From contig CAVVPN010000003.1 in assembly GCA_963750165.1 (NCBI GenBank), positions 1,920,001 through 1,984,000 on the forward strand: a stretch of DNA of 64,000 nucleotides, written 5' to 3'. A program made the translations under genes and the position numbers. Origin of the DNA: an uncultured Gemmataceae bacterium. GTDB taxonomy: Bacteria; Planctomycetota; Planctomycetia; Gemmatales; Gemmataceae. Under the pieces are notes generated by a model. It did not search any database, was not told the DNA's origin, and saw only the letters and a program-made list of their open reading frames with translations. Each line of letters starts with the position of its first letter. Position 1 is the stretch's first letter. Below, one piece after another: positions 20,593 through 30,242 of the stretch.

Positions 20593-20706
20593 GATGGTCG
20601 GATGACTCATCGAACGGCAACCCGCCGAAGGCGGGGGGCTTGTTGACGGGTAAGCCGACGGGGAGGAACACCTCGGGTGTTCCTCCCCGTCGGCTTTGTT
20701 GCTTTT
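20593..20706 (+). ncRNA. Unassigned structured leader RNA/attenuator, copy C
   Basis: GTCGGATGACT-N4-GAACGGCAACCCGCCgaaGGCGGGGGGCTTGTTGA plus a perfect 21-bp terminator stem (20652-20696) and U-rich tail. Confidence 0.75.
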
Positions 20707-20812
20707 GACCTGGCATTTGGCTTCGACGTCCAGGTGTGACGCCGGCCTTGATGCCATCTGCGAGTGACGTCATGCGGCCGACATTCCAGGTTGCCCAGGA
20801 GGATTCTCACCT

Positions 20813-21274
20813 ATGAAGACTACACTCATGGCAGTGGCGGCGGCGGCGCTGATCGCGTTCGTCGGTTGCAGCAGTGGCACCCCCGGTGGGCCGGGGGCCG
20901 ACAAGGAAAAGGACAAGAAATCGAGGGTGGAGCGGGCCGAGGACATCGTCAGGCAGGCCGAGGACACCTTCAGCCTGAGCGTCCCAACGTTCTCCGTCAA
21001 GATCAAGCAGGGCGAGTCCAAGGCGGTCACCGTCGGCATCAGCCGTGGGAAGAACTTCGGCGAGGACGTCGCGCTGAAGTTCGACGGCCTGCCCAACGGC
21101 GTGGCCATCGATCCCGCCAACACGGTGATCAAGCACGGCGACAAGGAGGCGAAACTGACCTTCAAGGCGGCGGACGACGCTGCGCTGGGTGACTTCACCG
21201 TCAAGGTCATCGGACACCCGGAGAAGGGCCCCGGCGCCACCAACGAGCTGAAGCTGACCGTGCAGAAGAAGTGA
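20813..21274 (+). CDS. Lipoprotein with beta-rich (Ig-like) domain
   Basis: AGGAGG RBS; FVGC lipobox; strong GC3 bias. Confidence 0.75.
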   Translation: MKTTLMAVAAAALIAFVGCSSGTPGGPGADKEKDKKSRVERAEDIVRQAEDTFSLSVPTFSVKIKQGESKAVTVGISRGKNFGEDVALKFDGLPNGVAIDPANTVIKHGDKEAKLTFKAADDAALGDFTVKVIGHPEKGPGATNELKLTVQKK

Positions 21275-21395
21275 CGTCGCGCTCAGTGGGCCGCACCCGC
21301 CGAACGGGTCGTCGGCCGAAGGACCCATGCAGGCGGCGACAGGCCGTGGCGTCCACGGCGGCCGCCGCTGTGTCTCAAACCATCGAAAGACGTGA

Positions 21396-21647
21396 TTGAT
21401 CTGTCACCTCTGGGGCGGCCAGCCGTTCCAGGTCCCCGACCAGAGCCGGAACAATTTGCTGTTTGGCGTCCTGGCGCTGGGGGAGGGGTGGCTCAACAAC
21501 CACCACGCTTTCCCGACCTCGGCCCGCCACGCCTTGCGCTGGTGGCAGGTAGACCCGAGCTACTACTTCATTTGTACCCTCGCCCTGCTGGGGCTCGCCT
21601 GGAAAGTCCGGCTGCCGGCGGCGGCTCCGATACCGCCCGGACCGTGA
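21396..21647 (+). pseudogene. C-terminal fragment of acyl-CoA desaturase
   Basis: SRNN..FGVLALGEGWLNNHHAFP.SARH.LRWWQ; His box degraded and N-terminus absent. Confidence 0.8.
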
Positions 21648-21710
21648 TCCCGGAGGCTGAGGACAGGCCGCGCACTTGTCGCCTTTGTAATCTTTCTGGA
21701 GGGTTGAATC

Positions 21711-21886
21711 ATGACGATCGGTTTTGTTTACTGGTTGCTGATGATCCTGTGGCTGCTGTTCGGGCTCTACTGGAACCGCGGGGACATCCGGGGGGCAACT
21801 ACAGCATTCTGGGCGGCAACCTGCTGCTGTTCCTCCTGCTGTTCCTCCTGGGATGGAAGGTGTTCGGCTTTATCATCCAGGGGTGA
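21711..21886 (+). CDS. Small membrane protein, frameshifted in a G run (~21790)
   Basis: MTIGFVYWLLMILWLLFGLYW joins GGNYSILGGNLLLFLLLFLLGWKVFG if one G is added. Confidence 0.6.
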
Positions 21887-21988
21887 GACGGGGCCGTGAC
21901 GCCGTTTATTCGCCCACCCTGACTGGTCTGTTGCCCACCGGGGTGATGCTCTCCCCCCGGCAAGTGTGATTCCAAGCGGAGATAAAGC

Positions 21989-23326
21989 ATGCTTGACCAC
22001 CAGCGGGGCGGGCTCGAGGGGAACGCCGATGGCCAGCGCCTGCCCTCCCCTGCGCCATCCGACCGCGAGGCGGTCATGGCCTCCACCTCGCAGCCCCAGT
22101 CAGCAGGCGGGCACGCACCGTCCCTTTTCGGGCGGCTGGCCCGCCAGATCTTCCGAAGGGCCCGCGTCCCCTTGCGGGTGGTCCTGGGGAACGGCGAAGA
22201 AATCACCACCTTGCCCGGGCAGCCGATCGCCTGCGTGCGAATCCGGGACCGGTGGACCGTCCTGCAACTCCTTGCCGGTAATGACCTTGCCTTTGGCGAC
22301 GCCTACAGCGACGGGCGGATCGAGGTCGAAGGGGATCTCGTCCAGTTTCTCGTAGCGGTGTTCCGGAAGCAGGCGAGCGCGGGCCCGCATGGCAATCGGG
22401 GTTCCTGGCTACCGCCCTGGCTGGCCTGGCCGAGAGTCAACAGCCTGACGGGCTCGCGCGGCAACGTTTCCCACCACTACGACGTTGGCAACGACTTCTA
22501 TCGGCTCTGGCTGGACGATCAACTCGTCTACACCTGCGCCTACTTTCCAGACCCCGCACTGACACTGGAGGCGGCGCAGACTGCGAAGATGGACCATGTC
22601 TGCCGCAAGCTACAGCTGCGGCCGGGGCAAACGGTGATCGAGGCCGGCTGCGGCTGGGGGGCGCTGGCCCGGCACATGGCCCGGCACTATGGGGTGACGG
22701 TCAGGGCGTTCAACCTGTCCCACGAGCAGGTCGAGTACGCACGCGCACGGGCGAAGGCGGAAGGGCTGGACCGACAGGTGCAGTTCGTGGAAGACGACTA
22801 CCGGAATATCTCCGGTGAGTGCGACGCCTTCGTGTCCGTGGGGATGCTGGAACACGTCGGCGTCAGCTATTACCGCGACCTCGGGGGCGTCATCCACCGC
22901 TGTCTGAAGCCTAATGGCCTCGGCCTCATACACTCGATCGGCCGGAACTGGCTCTTCCCAACGAGTGCCTGGATAGAAAGGCGCATCTTCCCCGGCGCCT
23001 ACATACCCATCCTGCGCGAGATCATGGGGATCTTCGAGCCGTGGAACTTCTCCGTCCTGGACGTGGAAAACTTGCGCCTGCACTATGCCAGGACGCTCGC
23101 GCACTGGCTGGCGCGTTTCGACCAGGCGGTCGGCCGGGTCCGCGATATGTTCGATGATCGCTTCGTGCGGTCCTGGCGGCTGTACCTGGCCAGTTCCCTG
23201 GCCGCGTTCTCCACCGGGTGGAATCAGCTCTTTCAGATCCTGTTTGCCCACGCCGCGAACAACGACATCCCCTGGACGAGGGGGCACGTGTACGAACAAC
23301 CGTCAGGGAGCAGATCCGCATGTTGA
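21989..23326 (+). CDS. Cfa-family SAM-dependent lipid methyltransferase (start may be 22076)
   Basis: HHYDVGNDFY.LWLD, YTCAYF, EAGCGWG, SVGMLEHVG, IFPG, ENLRLHYARTL. Confidence 0.92.
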   Translation: MLDHQRGGLEGNADGQRLPSPAPSDREAVMASTSQPQSAGGHAPSLFGRLARQIFRRARVPLRVVLGNGEEITTLPGQPIACVRIRDRWTVLQLLAGNDLAFGDAYSDGRIEVEGDLVQFLVAVFRKQASAGPHGNRGSWLPPWLAWPRVNSLTGSRGNVSHHYDVGNDFYRLWLDDQLVYTCAYFPDPALTLEAAQTAKMDHVCRKLQLRPGQTVIEAGCGWGALARHMARHYGVTVRAFNLSHEQVEYARARAKAEGLDRQVQFVEDDYRNISGECDAFVSVGMLEHVGVSYYRDLGGVIHRCLKPNGLGLIHSIGRNWLFPTSAWIERRIFPGAYIPILREIMGIFEPWNFSVLDVENLRLHYARTLAHWLARFDQAVGRVRDMFDDRFVRSWRLYLASSLAAFSTGWNQLFQILFAHAANNDIPWTRGHVYEQPSGSRSAC

Positions 23327-24462
23327 GCTGTGACGTCCTGATCGTCGGGGGCGGGCCAGCCGGTTCTTCCTGTGCCTGGCACCTGGTGAAGGCTGGCCTC
23401 GACGTTCTCGTCCTGGACCGGAAGGCCTTTCCGCGCGACAAGCCCTGCGCCGGCTGGATCACGCCCGCGGTCTTCCACGAATTGGATATCGACCCGAACG
23501 AGTATCGCCAGCAGGGGCGCGTGCTGGAGCCGATCACGGCGTTTTGCACCAGCCTGATGGGCGGGGCCGAGGTGGAAACAGGCTATGGCAAGCCCATCAG
23601 CTTCGGGGTCCGTCGGTGCGAGTTCGACCATTACTTGCTGCGGCGTTCGGCAGCTCGCCTACAGCTGGCGGAGCCCCTGAAGACAATTGAGCGCTCGGGG
23701 GAAGGCTGGGTGGTCAACGGCCAGATCCAGGCCCGCCTGGTCGTCGGCGCCGGCGGCCATTTCTGCCCGGTCGCCCGCTTCCTCGGCGCCAGGGTCGGGC
23801 GAAACGAAACGGCGGTGAACGCGCAGGAGATCGAGGTCGAGCTGGACGCGGACCAGATGGCGGCGTGCCCCGTCAGGTCCGGCATCCCTTATCTGTACTT
23901 CTGCTCAGACCTGAAGGGATACGGGTGGTACTACCGCAAGGGGAACTACCTCAACGTCGGGCTGGGGCGGGAGGACGAGGATAGGCTCTCCGAGTACGTA
24001 CACACGTTCTGCGCCTGGCTGAAGGCGCAAGGCAAGGTCCCGCGCACCGTCCTGGAGAAGTTCAGCGGGCACGCCTACCTGCTGTATCCGCGAGCGGGGC
24101 GGCGGCGCCTGGTGGACGACGGCGTTCTGTTGATCGGCGACGCCGCGGGGATGGCCTACTCCCCGAGCGGGGAAGGCATCCGCCCCGCGGTCGAATCCGG
24201 GCTGCTGGCCGCCGACGTCATCCTCGAGGCGGCTGGCGACTATCGCCTAGCGCGGCTGGAGCCCTATCGAACACGCTTGACGGCCCGGTTTGGCAAGAGG
24301 CCCGCCAACGACTTGGCCTCCCGCATCCCGGAGTGGCTGAAGCGACTGATCGCGCGCCGACTGATGGCCTGGCGCTGGTTCTCGCGACACGTCCTGGTGG
24401 ATCGGTGGCTCTTGCACCTCCACGAGCCCCCGCTCGAGGCTGCCACTGCGGCGAGCCGGTGA
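23320..24462 (+). CDS. Geranylgeranyl-reductase-like FAD-dependent oxidoreductase
   Basis: VLIVGGGPAGS, FPRDKPCAG, GYGWY, LIGDAAG...GEGI; overlaps the cfa stop. Confidence 0.88.
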   Translation: MLSCDVLIVGGGPAGSSCAWHLVKAGLDVLVLDRKAFPRDKPCAGWITPAVFHELDIDPNEYRQQGRVLEPITAFCTSLMGGAEVETGYGKPISFGVRRCEFDHYLLRRSAARLQLAEPLKTIERSGEGWVVNGQIQARLVVGAGGHFCPVARFLGARVGRNETAVNAQEIEVELDADQMAACPVRSGIPYLYFCSDLKGYGWYYRKGNYLNVGLGREDEDRLSEYVHTFCAWLKAQGKVPRTVLEKFSGHAYLLYPRAGRRRLVDDGVLLIGDAAGMAYSPSGEGIRPAVESGLLAADVILEAAGDYRLARLEPYRTRLTARFGKRPANDLASRIPEWLKRLIARRLMAWRWFSRHVLVDRWLLHLHEPPLEAATAASR

Positions 24463-24549
24463 AGCCCGAGTCTCTGCTGAACTCGCCGGGCCGCGCAGAT
24501 GCCACGTCACCACCGCCCGTTCCCCAACTGTGGGTGGGCAGAGCCGGAG

Positions 24550-25200
24550 TTAGCTGGACAGGGCAATCAGGGCCAAGGTGATGGTGCCGCCAATCACCGC
24601 ATAGCCGATGGTGGCCCGAACCCAGCCCTCCCTGCCGTGCAGACAACCGAGGTGAGCTTGCGCAACCAGGAGGTCCTGATCCTGCTTCTGGAGGGCGGCC
24701 TCCGCCTCACACGCCCTGGCGTATTCGGCGTCCGCACCGGGAAGGGGGCCTTTCTCAGCCAGTGCAGCAGCGGCCAGTTGCCGGACCAGCCTCACTCGTT
24801 CGGCTTTCAGCGTCCCACCCGAAGTCTTCGCAGCCCCGGCCCAGCGTATCTTCTCGTCCAGGGCGCTGATCTGCGCCCCAAGCTCGCCATCGTCAATCCC
24901 GCCGGTGTACATGCGCTGGCCGAGGGCCAGTTGGGCCATGGCGAAAGCCCGGCTCAATGAGCGCCTGCGCCACCGGCCCCTGGCGTGCGTCACGAATCGA
25001 ACCGGGTGCTCATAGGTCGCCCAGCACGTCTGTCGTATCTCCCGCAGGAGCCGTCTCCCCACGGAGTTCGCGAAGACCAGGGCCCGACCGCCCAGATGGG
25101 CAGGAAATCCAGACCCGGTGGCCCAGGAAGGTTCGGGTGAGACTTTCAGCTGGCCGCAGGCTGGGCTTCGTGCGGAATCGGCGGAGATAAAGTTTGACAT
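24550..25200 (-). CDS. Hypothetical protein with coiled coil and C-terminal TM segment (start uncertain)
   Basis: Open frame with AQLALGQRMY..GIDDGELGAQI and a hydrophobic C-terminus. Confidence 0.5.
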   Translation of the reverse strand: MSNFISADSARSPACGQLKVSPEPSWATGSGFPAHLGGRALVFANSVGRRLLREIRQTCWATYEHPVRFVTHARGRWRRRSLSRAFAMAQLALGQRMYTGGIDDGELGAQISALDEKIRWAGAAKTSGGTLKAERVRLVRQLAAAALAEKGPLPGADAEYARACEAEAALQKQDQDLLVAQAHLGCLHGREGWVRATIGYAVIGGTITLALIALSS

Positions 25201-25236
25201 GGCGTCCTTCCAATCCCCTCCCCGACGGGGACTCAC

Positions 25237-25404
25237 TCACAGTTGTATAACTCGCAACAGGAACAGAACGAGGAGGATGACCAGGATCAACCCGAGGAGA
25301 CCGCCGCCGCCGGCGAGGATATTGTTGCCGCTGCGGTAGCCGTAGCCGCCGCCCAGCAGGACGAAGATCAAGATCACGACAAGGATCAGCACGATAGGAC
25401 TCAT
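25237..25404 (-). CDS. DUF3309-like small membrane protein
   Basis: MSPIVLILVVILIFVLLGGGYGY...GGGGLLGLILVILLVLFLL; below the ORF-track size cutoff. Confidence 0.75.
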   Translation of the reverse strand: MSPIVLILVVILIFVLLGGGYGYRSGNNILAGGGGLLGLILVILLVLFLLRVIQL

Positions 25405-25490
25405 GGTTCACTCCCGGAGACCAAAGACCAGCTACAGATTCTCCATTCGCACGGAAGGGGGCCACCCTCCGGTTCGTCGGCCTCCCGCGC

Positions 25491-25709
25491 CTACTTCACC
25501 GCCCCAGGGAACCGAACTTCTTTCTCGAACCAGGCGATGGCCCCTTCCGCTTCCTTCTCTCCGTAGCCGTAGAGGCGTTGGAGGGAAACCCCCAGCTTGT
25601 CCCGGCGGCCATCAATCTCCTCCAGGTCCCTGTCCGTGAGCTTCGCCCAGTAGGTCTTGAGGAGCGAACTCGACCCCTTCCAGTCCAATTGCAGTTCTTC
25701 CCAATTCAT
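25491..25709 (-). CDS. CsbD/YjbJ family stress protein
   Basis: MNWEEL..DWK....WAKLTDRDLEEIDGRRDKL...LQRLYG; GGAGG RBS. Confidence 0.85.
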   Translation of the reverse strand: MNWEELQLDWKGSSSLLKTYWAKLTDRDLEEIDGRRDKLGVSLQRLYGYGEKEAEGAIAWFEKEVRFPGAVK

Positions 25710-25807
25710 GGCACCCTCCGTCTCCTCACGCTTGGCGACCTAATCGCGGACAAGCCGTTCTTGGTCTGGCCGGCGCCGTTCTGGACCATCGCCGTCTGCA
25801 CCACGGG

Positions 25808-26152
25808 TCATTTGGCTTCGATTTTCTTGGGCTGGGTTTCCGCGCCACCTGCCTTGATGGCGACCTTCACGGCATCCTCCATCGGATCTTTGAACGGCAC
25901 CTCGATGCGGAGCAGGCCGTGCTCGTAGATCGCTTCGGCCTTGTCAGGTTTCACCGGCCAGGCCAAAGCCAGTGCAGAAACATACTCGACGTCCCTTGCA
26001 GGCGCCGTGAGGTGGATGCTGTCTGCCAGGGTCTTCACATCGATGGTATCCGTTGGCACTCCGGGGAGGGCGAACTCCACGACCAGCTTGCGGTTCTTCT
26101 CGTCAGCATACGCGACGGTATCGGGCGCAACCCTCATCCGATAGTCAGGCAT
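25808..26152 (-). CDS. Hsp20/alpha-crystallin small heat shock protein
   Basis: EFALPGV...IDV, AEAIYEHGLLRIEVP; AAGGAGG RBS. Confidence 0.85.
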   Translation of the reverse strand: MPDYRMRVAPDTVAYADEKNRKLVVEFALPGVPTDTIDVKTLADSIHLTAPARDVEYVSALALAWPVKPDKAEAIYEHGLLRIEVPFKDPMEDAVKVAIKAGGAETQPKKIEAK

Positions 26153-26218
26153 CCTGGCAACCTCCTTCGTTAGGCATGGACCCCTGGAATGGTCTCTTGT
26201 TCTTCCGCCACCGAAAGC

Positions 26219-26328
26219 AAAAAAAGCCGGCGTGGTTGAGCACCTCGAGGGTACTCGACCACGCCGGCCTACTCTTCGACGAGCCCCCCGGTACAGCCGA
26301 GGTGCCCTTCATCTAGTCGTCCGACAAT
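26219..26328 (-). ncRNA. Unassigned structured leader RNA/attenuator, copy A
   Basis: Minus strand GTCGGACGACT-N4-GAAGGGCACCTCGGctgtaCCGGGGGGCTCGTCGA plus terminator GGCCGGCGTGG...CCACGCCGGC-T7. Confidence 0.75.
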
Positions 26329-26442
26329 TCTTACTCTATGCGTCGCTTCACGAAAAGCAAGTAGAAAACTTGCCCGCTCCGGTATTTGCGTTTTTTCTTC
26401 CTTGTCCAGCATCGTTAGCGGTTGGGCCTTGGCCTTGATCCA

Positions 26443-27453
26443 TCATCGGGGCGCGGGGTGGAGGTCGGCGAACGTCGGGACTGGTGCGTCCACAGCGGTT
26501 ATCGTGGGCTGGATGAGACGGTGCGTCAGCGCCTTCTCGCCTGGCTTGCGCAGATGCCATACCAGCCCGAGGCAGCGCAGGCAAAGCAGCGTCATGTAAC
26601 TGATGTCGATCTCCCACCAGAAGAAGCCCTGGTTCGCGCTGCTCTGGTAGTGGTGGTGGTTGTTGTGCCAGCCCTCGCCCAGCGTGATCAGCGCCAGCCA
26701 GACGTTGTTGCGGCTGTCGTCGGGAGTGTCGTAGCGGCGCGAGCCGAAAAGGTGGCTGAGCGAGTTGATCGTGAAGGTGGCGTGGTAAACCAGGATGGTG
26801 CTGACCACGAAGCCCCACACCAGGCCGCTCCAACCGCCCACCAGCCAGCACAGCACCGCCAGACAGATGCCCGGTACCCAGTGGTTGCGGTCCAGCCAGC
26901 GCAGCTCGGGGTAACGGCTCCAATCCTGGATTTGCTCCCAGGGTGTCTCGGTGTGCTCGCCGGACAGAATCCAGCCGACATGAGACCACCAGAAGCTTGT
27001 CTCGTGGGGCGAGTGGGGGTCGGCGGGGGTATCGGAACGCCGGTGGTGCTCACGGTGGTGAGCCGCCCACCACAGCGGTCCCTTCTGAAGGGCCGAGCAG
27101 CCCAGCCAGGCCAGCACGAACTGGAAAACACGACTGGTCCGGTACGAGCGATGAGCAAAGTAGCGGTGGTAACCCGCCGTGATGCCGAACATGCGCAGGA
27201 AATAAGCAACCCCGCAGAGGATCAGCGCGGTCGCCTCCACGGGGACGAAGAACACCGATACCATGGCCAGGTGCAGGGCAATGAACGCAGCACACTTCGT
27301 CCAGTCGGGCAAGCGGAACAGCAATGGCCGGGCTTGCGGAAGTTGGCCCGCGACAGGCTGCCGGGAGGGCCGGGCGGACGTGTCGGCAGCACCGCCGATC
27401 ACGGGGGCAGAGTGGAACCCGGCAGGTGCTTGCGGGCAGCTCGTTTGACTCAT
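26443..27453 (-). CDS. Acyl-CoA (delta-9 type) fatty acid desaturase
   Basis: Three His boxes: HRYFAH, HREHH, EGWHNNHH. Confidence 0.92.
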   Translation of the reverse strand: MSQTSCPQAPAGFHSAPVIGGAADTSARPSRQPVAGQLPQARPLLFRLPDWTKCAAFIALHLAMVSVFFVPVEATALILCGVAYFLRMFGITAGYHRYFAHRSYRTSRVFQFVLAWLGCSALQKGPLWWAAHHREHHRRSDTPADPHSPHETSFWWSHVGWILSGEHTETPWEQIQDWSRYPELRWLDRNHWVPGICLAVLCWLVGGWSGLVWGFVVSTILVYHATFTINSLSHLFGSRRYDTPDDSRNNVWLALITLGEGWHNNHHHYQSSANQGFFWWEIDISYMTLLCLRCLGLVWHLRKPGEKALTHRLIQPTITAVDAPVPTFADLHPAPR

Positions 27454-27539
27454 GACCTTCTTTCCCAAGAGTCGGACCGACACCTACCATGGGTGTCTCG
27501 ATTTTCATCAAGTAACACATATTCACCGTAAGCCGTGCG

Positions 27540-27923
27540 TCATCTCTTCACGGCTTCGAGGGCCTTCTCTCTGGTCGGGTGGATGGGCCAGACGCAGTCG
27601 AGGCCGGTGGCATGCAGCATGCCGCTGGCATCGCGAGAGACGTTGCAGAGGACCATCCGCCCGTCACGATCTCGGGCCTTCTTCCACAGGCGAAGAAACA
27701 GGCCCAGAGCCGTGCCGCCGAAGTTTCTCGCCCTATGAAGGTCTACGACAATGTTATGCGCTCGCACGTCGTTTAGCAGGCCCCGTGCCACGTCGTCCGC
27801 CCAGGCCTGGCTCTCTTGACAGTCCAGCTTTGGCAATGCCCCCAGCGGAGTCATGATGACCGTCTCGCCCTCACGCTCCACCTCGAAGCTTCGCGTCGCC
27901 GTCCTCGCGTCTGTCCCGCTCAT
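27540..27923 (-). CDS. STAS-domain anti-anti-sigma factor
   Basis: IVVDL....FGGTALGLFLRLWK...DGRMVLCNVS....L..TGL; GAGGT RBS. Confidence 0.82.
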   Translation of the reverse strand: MSGTDARTATRSFEVEREGETVIMTPLGALPKLDCQESQAWADDVARGLLNDVRAHNIVVDLHRARNFGGTALGLFLRLWKKARDRDGRMVLCNVSRDASGMLHATGLDCVWPIHPTREKALEAVKR

Positions 27924-27975
27924 GTCGTAAACCTCATGCCTGCTCTGCCCACCCGGCTTCTCGGGCAGCGTTTTA

Positions 27976-27991
27976 GGCAAGTGCCGTGCCA
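27976..27991 (-). promoter_or_regulatory. sigma54 -24/-12 promoter for STAS-desaturase
   Basis: Minus strand TGGCACG-gcac-TTGCC, near-perfect consensus. Confidence 0.78.
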
Positions 27992-28225
27992 GCGGTGGAT
28001 CGCGAGGCGAAGGAAGTGGTTTCTGCCGGGTTTGTTTGAAGCAACGGGTTTTCCGTAAAGCCTGGCAGTGTGCTTCCATCGCATATTCCGGCGAGCCAGT
28101 GTGCCACTGCCGCACAGTTCCCTCTCGGCTCCAGGTATTCGCCCTGTCCGCGTACGAGATCGGCCGCATGTAAACCGGAGGTCTCCTCGCGGCCCGAAGC
28201 AATCGCTTCGTTGGTCGGTATGCTT

Positions 28226-28241
28226 CGGCATGACAAATGCT
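28226..28241 (+). promoter_or_regulatory. sigma54-type -24/-12 promoter
   Basis: CGGCATG-acaa-ATGCT; nearly identical to 20552-20567. Confidence 0.6.
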
Positions 28242-28270
28242 CCTGTGATCGTGCGAGGAGGAGTGAAATG

Positions 28271-28366
28271 ATCGGATGAATCCAGGATGGGCAACTCGTG
28301 AGTCCGCTGCTCGCGTTCGGTAGTGGAGTTCCACGGCGAGTCACGCAGAGCTAGGGGGGATTTCCC
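28271..28366 (+). ncRNA. Diverged copy D of the leader RNA (no terminator)
   Basis: ATCGGATGAAT-N4-GATGGGCAAC; same 32-nt offset from the -12 GC as copy C. Confidence 0.5.
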
Positions 28367-28651
28367 ATGACTACCTTGGTAGAGAGCATCCATCATCCAG
28401 GCGGCCTCGTCTCCTGGCTGATCGTTGGTGTCGTTGCCGGCCTCCTTGTGGGCTTCTTGATGAAAGGCGCCCATGGCATCATCGGCGACCTCGTCGTGGG
28501 CGTGTTCGGGGCCGTGATCGGCGGGTTCCTGTATGGGCTCTTCACCGCCGGCACCACCGGCTTCTGGGGCAGTATCGTCGTGGCCTTCCTCGGCGCCTGC
28601 ATCCTCATCGGTGTCGAACGGGCCGTGTCTCGAGCACGGGACAGGCTCTGA
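28367..28651 (+). CDS. GlsB/YeaQ/YmgE family stress membrane protein
   Basis: WLIVGVVAGLL...GIIGDLVVGVFGAVIGG...IVVAFLGACIL. Confidence 0.88.
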   Translation: MTTLVESIHHPGGLVSWLIVGVVAGLLVGFLMKGAHGIIGDLVVGVFGAVIGGFLYGLFTAGTTGFWGSIVVAFLGACILIGVERAVSRARDRL

Positions 28652-28702
28652 CACGCAGCGGGCCCCCGCCAGCGTGGCTACAGAGCGACGGAGGACAAGG
28701 CC

Positions 28703-29363
28703 ATGTCTCAATTGATTAGCCAGAAGATCAATCCGCCCGCGGACTCGCCCGTGGCCGCACCGACCGCGGCCTCGCCATTGGGTGAAGAAGCCACGCCCTG
28801 TCCTGCCAAACAACCCCAGGGGCTTCCCACCCCTCCGCCATCGGCATTCGTGCTCATCATGGTGTTCTGGATGCTTCTGGGAGGAGCCGCCGGGATCAAG
28901 ATCATGCAGAGCATCTGGCACATCCTGGGTGTTGATATCGGGTCGGTGGCCATCGCAGTCCCGGTCGGAGGCGTAGTCGGAGCACTGGCCGGAGGGCTCC
29001 TGGGCCTGATCAGTAACCCGCGCTGGCTCGTGCTCCTGATGGCAGTGTTCGCCGGCTCGGCAGCCGGAGGGGTCGCGGGACAGGTTCCGTGGGGGGCGAT
29101 CGGGCAAATCGGGGGTCAAGTTGCCGGCGGGGTGGTTGGCGTGATTGTCTGGGCTACCTGGCTGTTTTTCGGGCGCGGGAAGGATTCAACGGCGGAACCC
29201 GTGCGCAGCACGACAGCCGTCGGCGGCCATCCAGGTCCCGCCGCTTCTCGACCCCCTCAGAGCGTGCCCAAGGAGGTGGATGATGGTGATCCGAGAGATG
29301 AGCACGGAAGAGTGCCTCCGGGTGCTGGCCGGAGCGAGGTTGGCCAGGCTGGGTTGCGCCATG
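28703..29363 (+). CDS. Gly-rich membrane protein (3' end uncertain)
   Basis: About four hydrophobic Gly-zipper segments; reads through into the next gene only because of an apparent 1-nt deletion. Confidence 0.55.
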
Positions 29364-29929
29364 AGAATCAACCGTACGTCGTCCCCGTCACCCTCGCCTA
29401 CGATGAAGTGTCCCGGTGTCTCTACGGCTTCACGACCCCTGGCCAGAAGATCGAGTGGATGCGGGCCAACCCTCTGGTCTGCGTCGAGGTGGACGAGGTC
29501 GCGGCCGACGACCAGTGGGTAAGCGTCATCGCTTTTGGCCGCTACGAGGAGGTGCCGGAGGGCCCAGAGAGCGATGGCGGACGGCTCCCGGCCCTGGAGC
29601 TTCCGCGGCGGTTCGCCGAAGCCCCGTCTGCCTGGTCCGCCGACAGCCACCAGCGCCAGTGCGATGACGAGCGGGAACGGGCATGGCAGGTCCTCCAGAC
29701 CCACCCTATGTGGTGGCAGCCGGCCAGCTCGGTCTGGGCAGCTCGCGCCCACCGCGACCCGGCCGAGCCGTTCCATTCTGTCTACTACAAGATCCGGATC
29801 GACCGGGTCACAGGTCGTGAGGCGACGCTGGACGCCAGGGATGCGATCGCTCACGCCGTGCCAGGCCCGCATATTGAGAGATGGGGCCGGTTGCGCTGGA
29901 CAACAACGAGAGTGCTCGGCGGCAAGTGA
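29283..29929 (+). CDS. Pyridoxamine 5'-phosphate oxidase-like flavin-binding protein, frameshifted ~29360
   Basis: MVIREMSTEECLRVL...LARLGCA joins HENQPYVVPV...GQKIEWMRANPLVCVEVD; GGAGG RBS. Confidence 0.8.
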
Positions 29930-30087
29930 AAGGAGACTCGCTCGGCCGCGCGTGTGCGTTTTCGCCCATCATCGTTGGCCGTTCCTGGTCGGCGCAAGTC
30001 TGTCCTATGGGTATGCGCCAGGGACGGTATCACGTCAGTCTCGACAGAAGAAGGGCTTCCAGCATTCCTCCTGATTTGTTCGCCATG

Positions 30088-30103
30088 CGGCATGAAAAGT
30101 GCG
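30088..30103 (+). promoter_or_regulatory. sigma54-type -24/-12 promoter
   Basis: CGGCATG-aaaa-GTGCG (GG-N10-GC). Confidence 0.5.
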
Positions 30104-30242
30104 AAGAATCATGACGGCATCGAAGGAACGATGGGACCATGAATCGGAGTAGGAGTTGTAGCCAGGGCCCCCGAGCGGTACGATGAAGCAAGCGACGGAC
30201 CGCCGATGAACATTGGGCCCGCCTTGACAACCAGGTGAATCG

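Noticed and set aside
26232..26316. Shared peptide HxGLLxxEPPGTAxxPF on the strand opposite leader copies A and B (ORFs 26053..26316, 30035..30343)
   Set aside because: Frame and stops are not conserved between copies, while base pairs covary; better explained as RNA structure than as protein
28703..29929. 408-aa membrane protein-PNPOx fusion ORF
   Set aside because: The PNPOx N-terminus with its own RBS lies in another frame; adding one C separates the two genes
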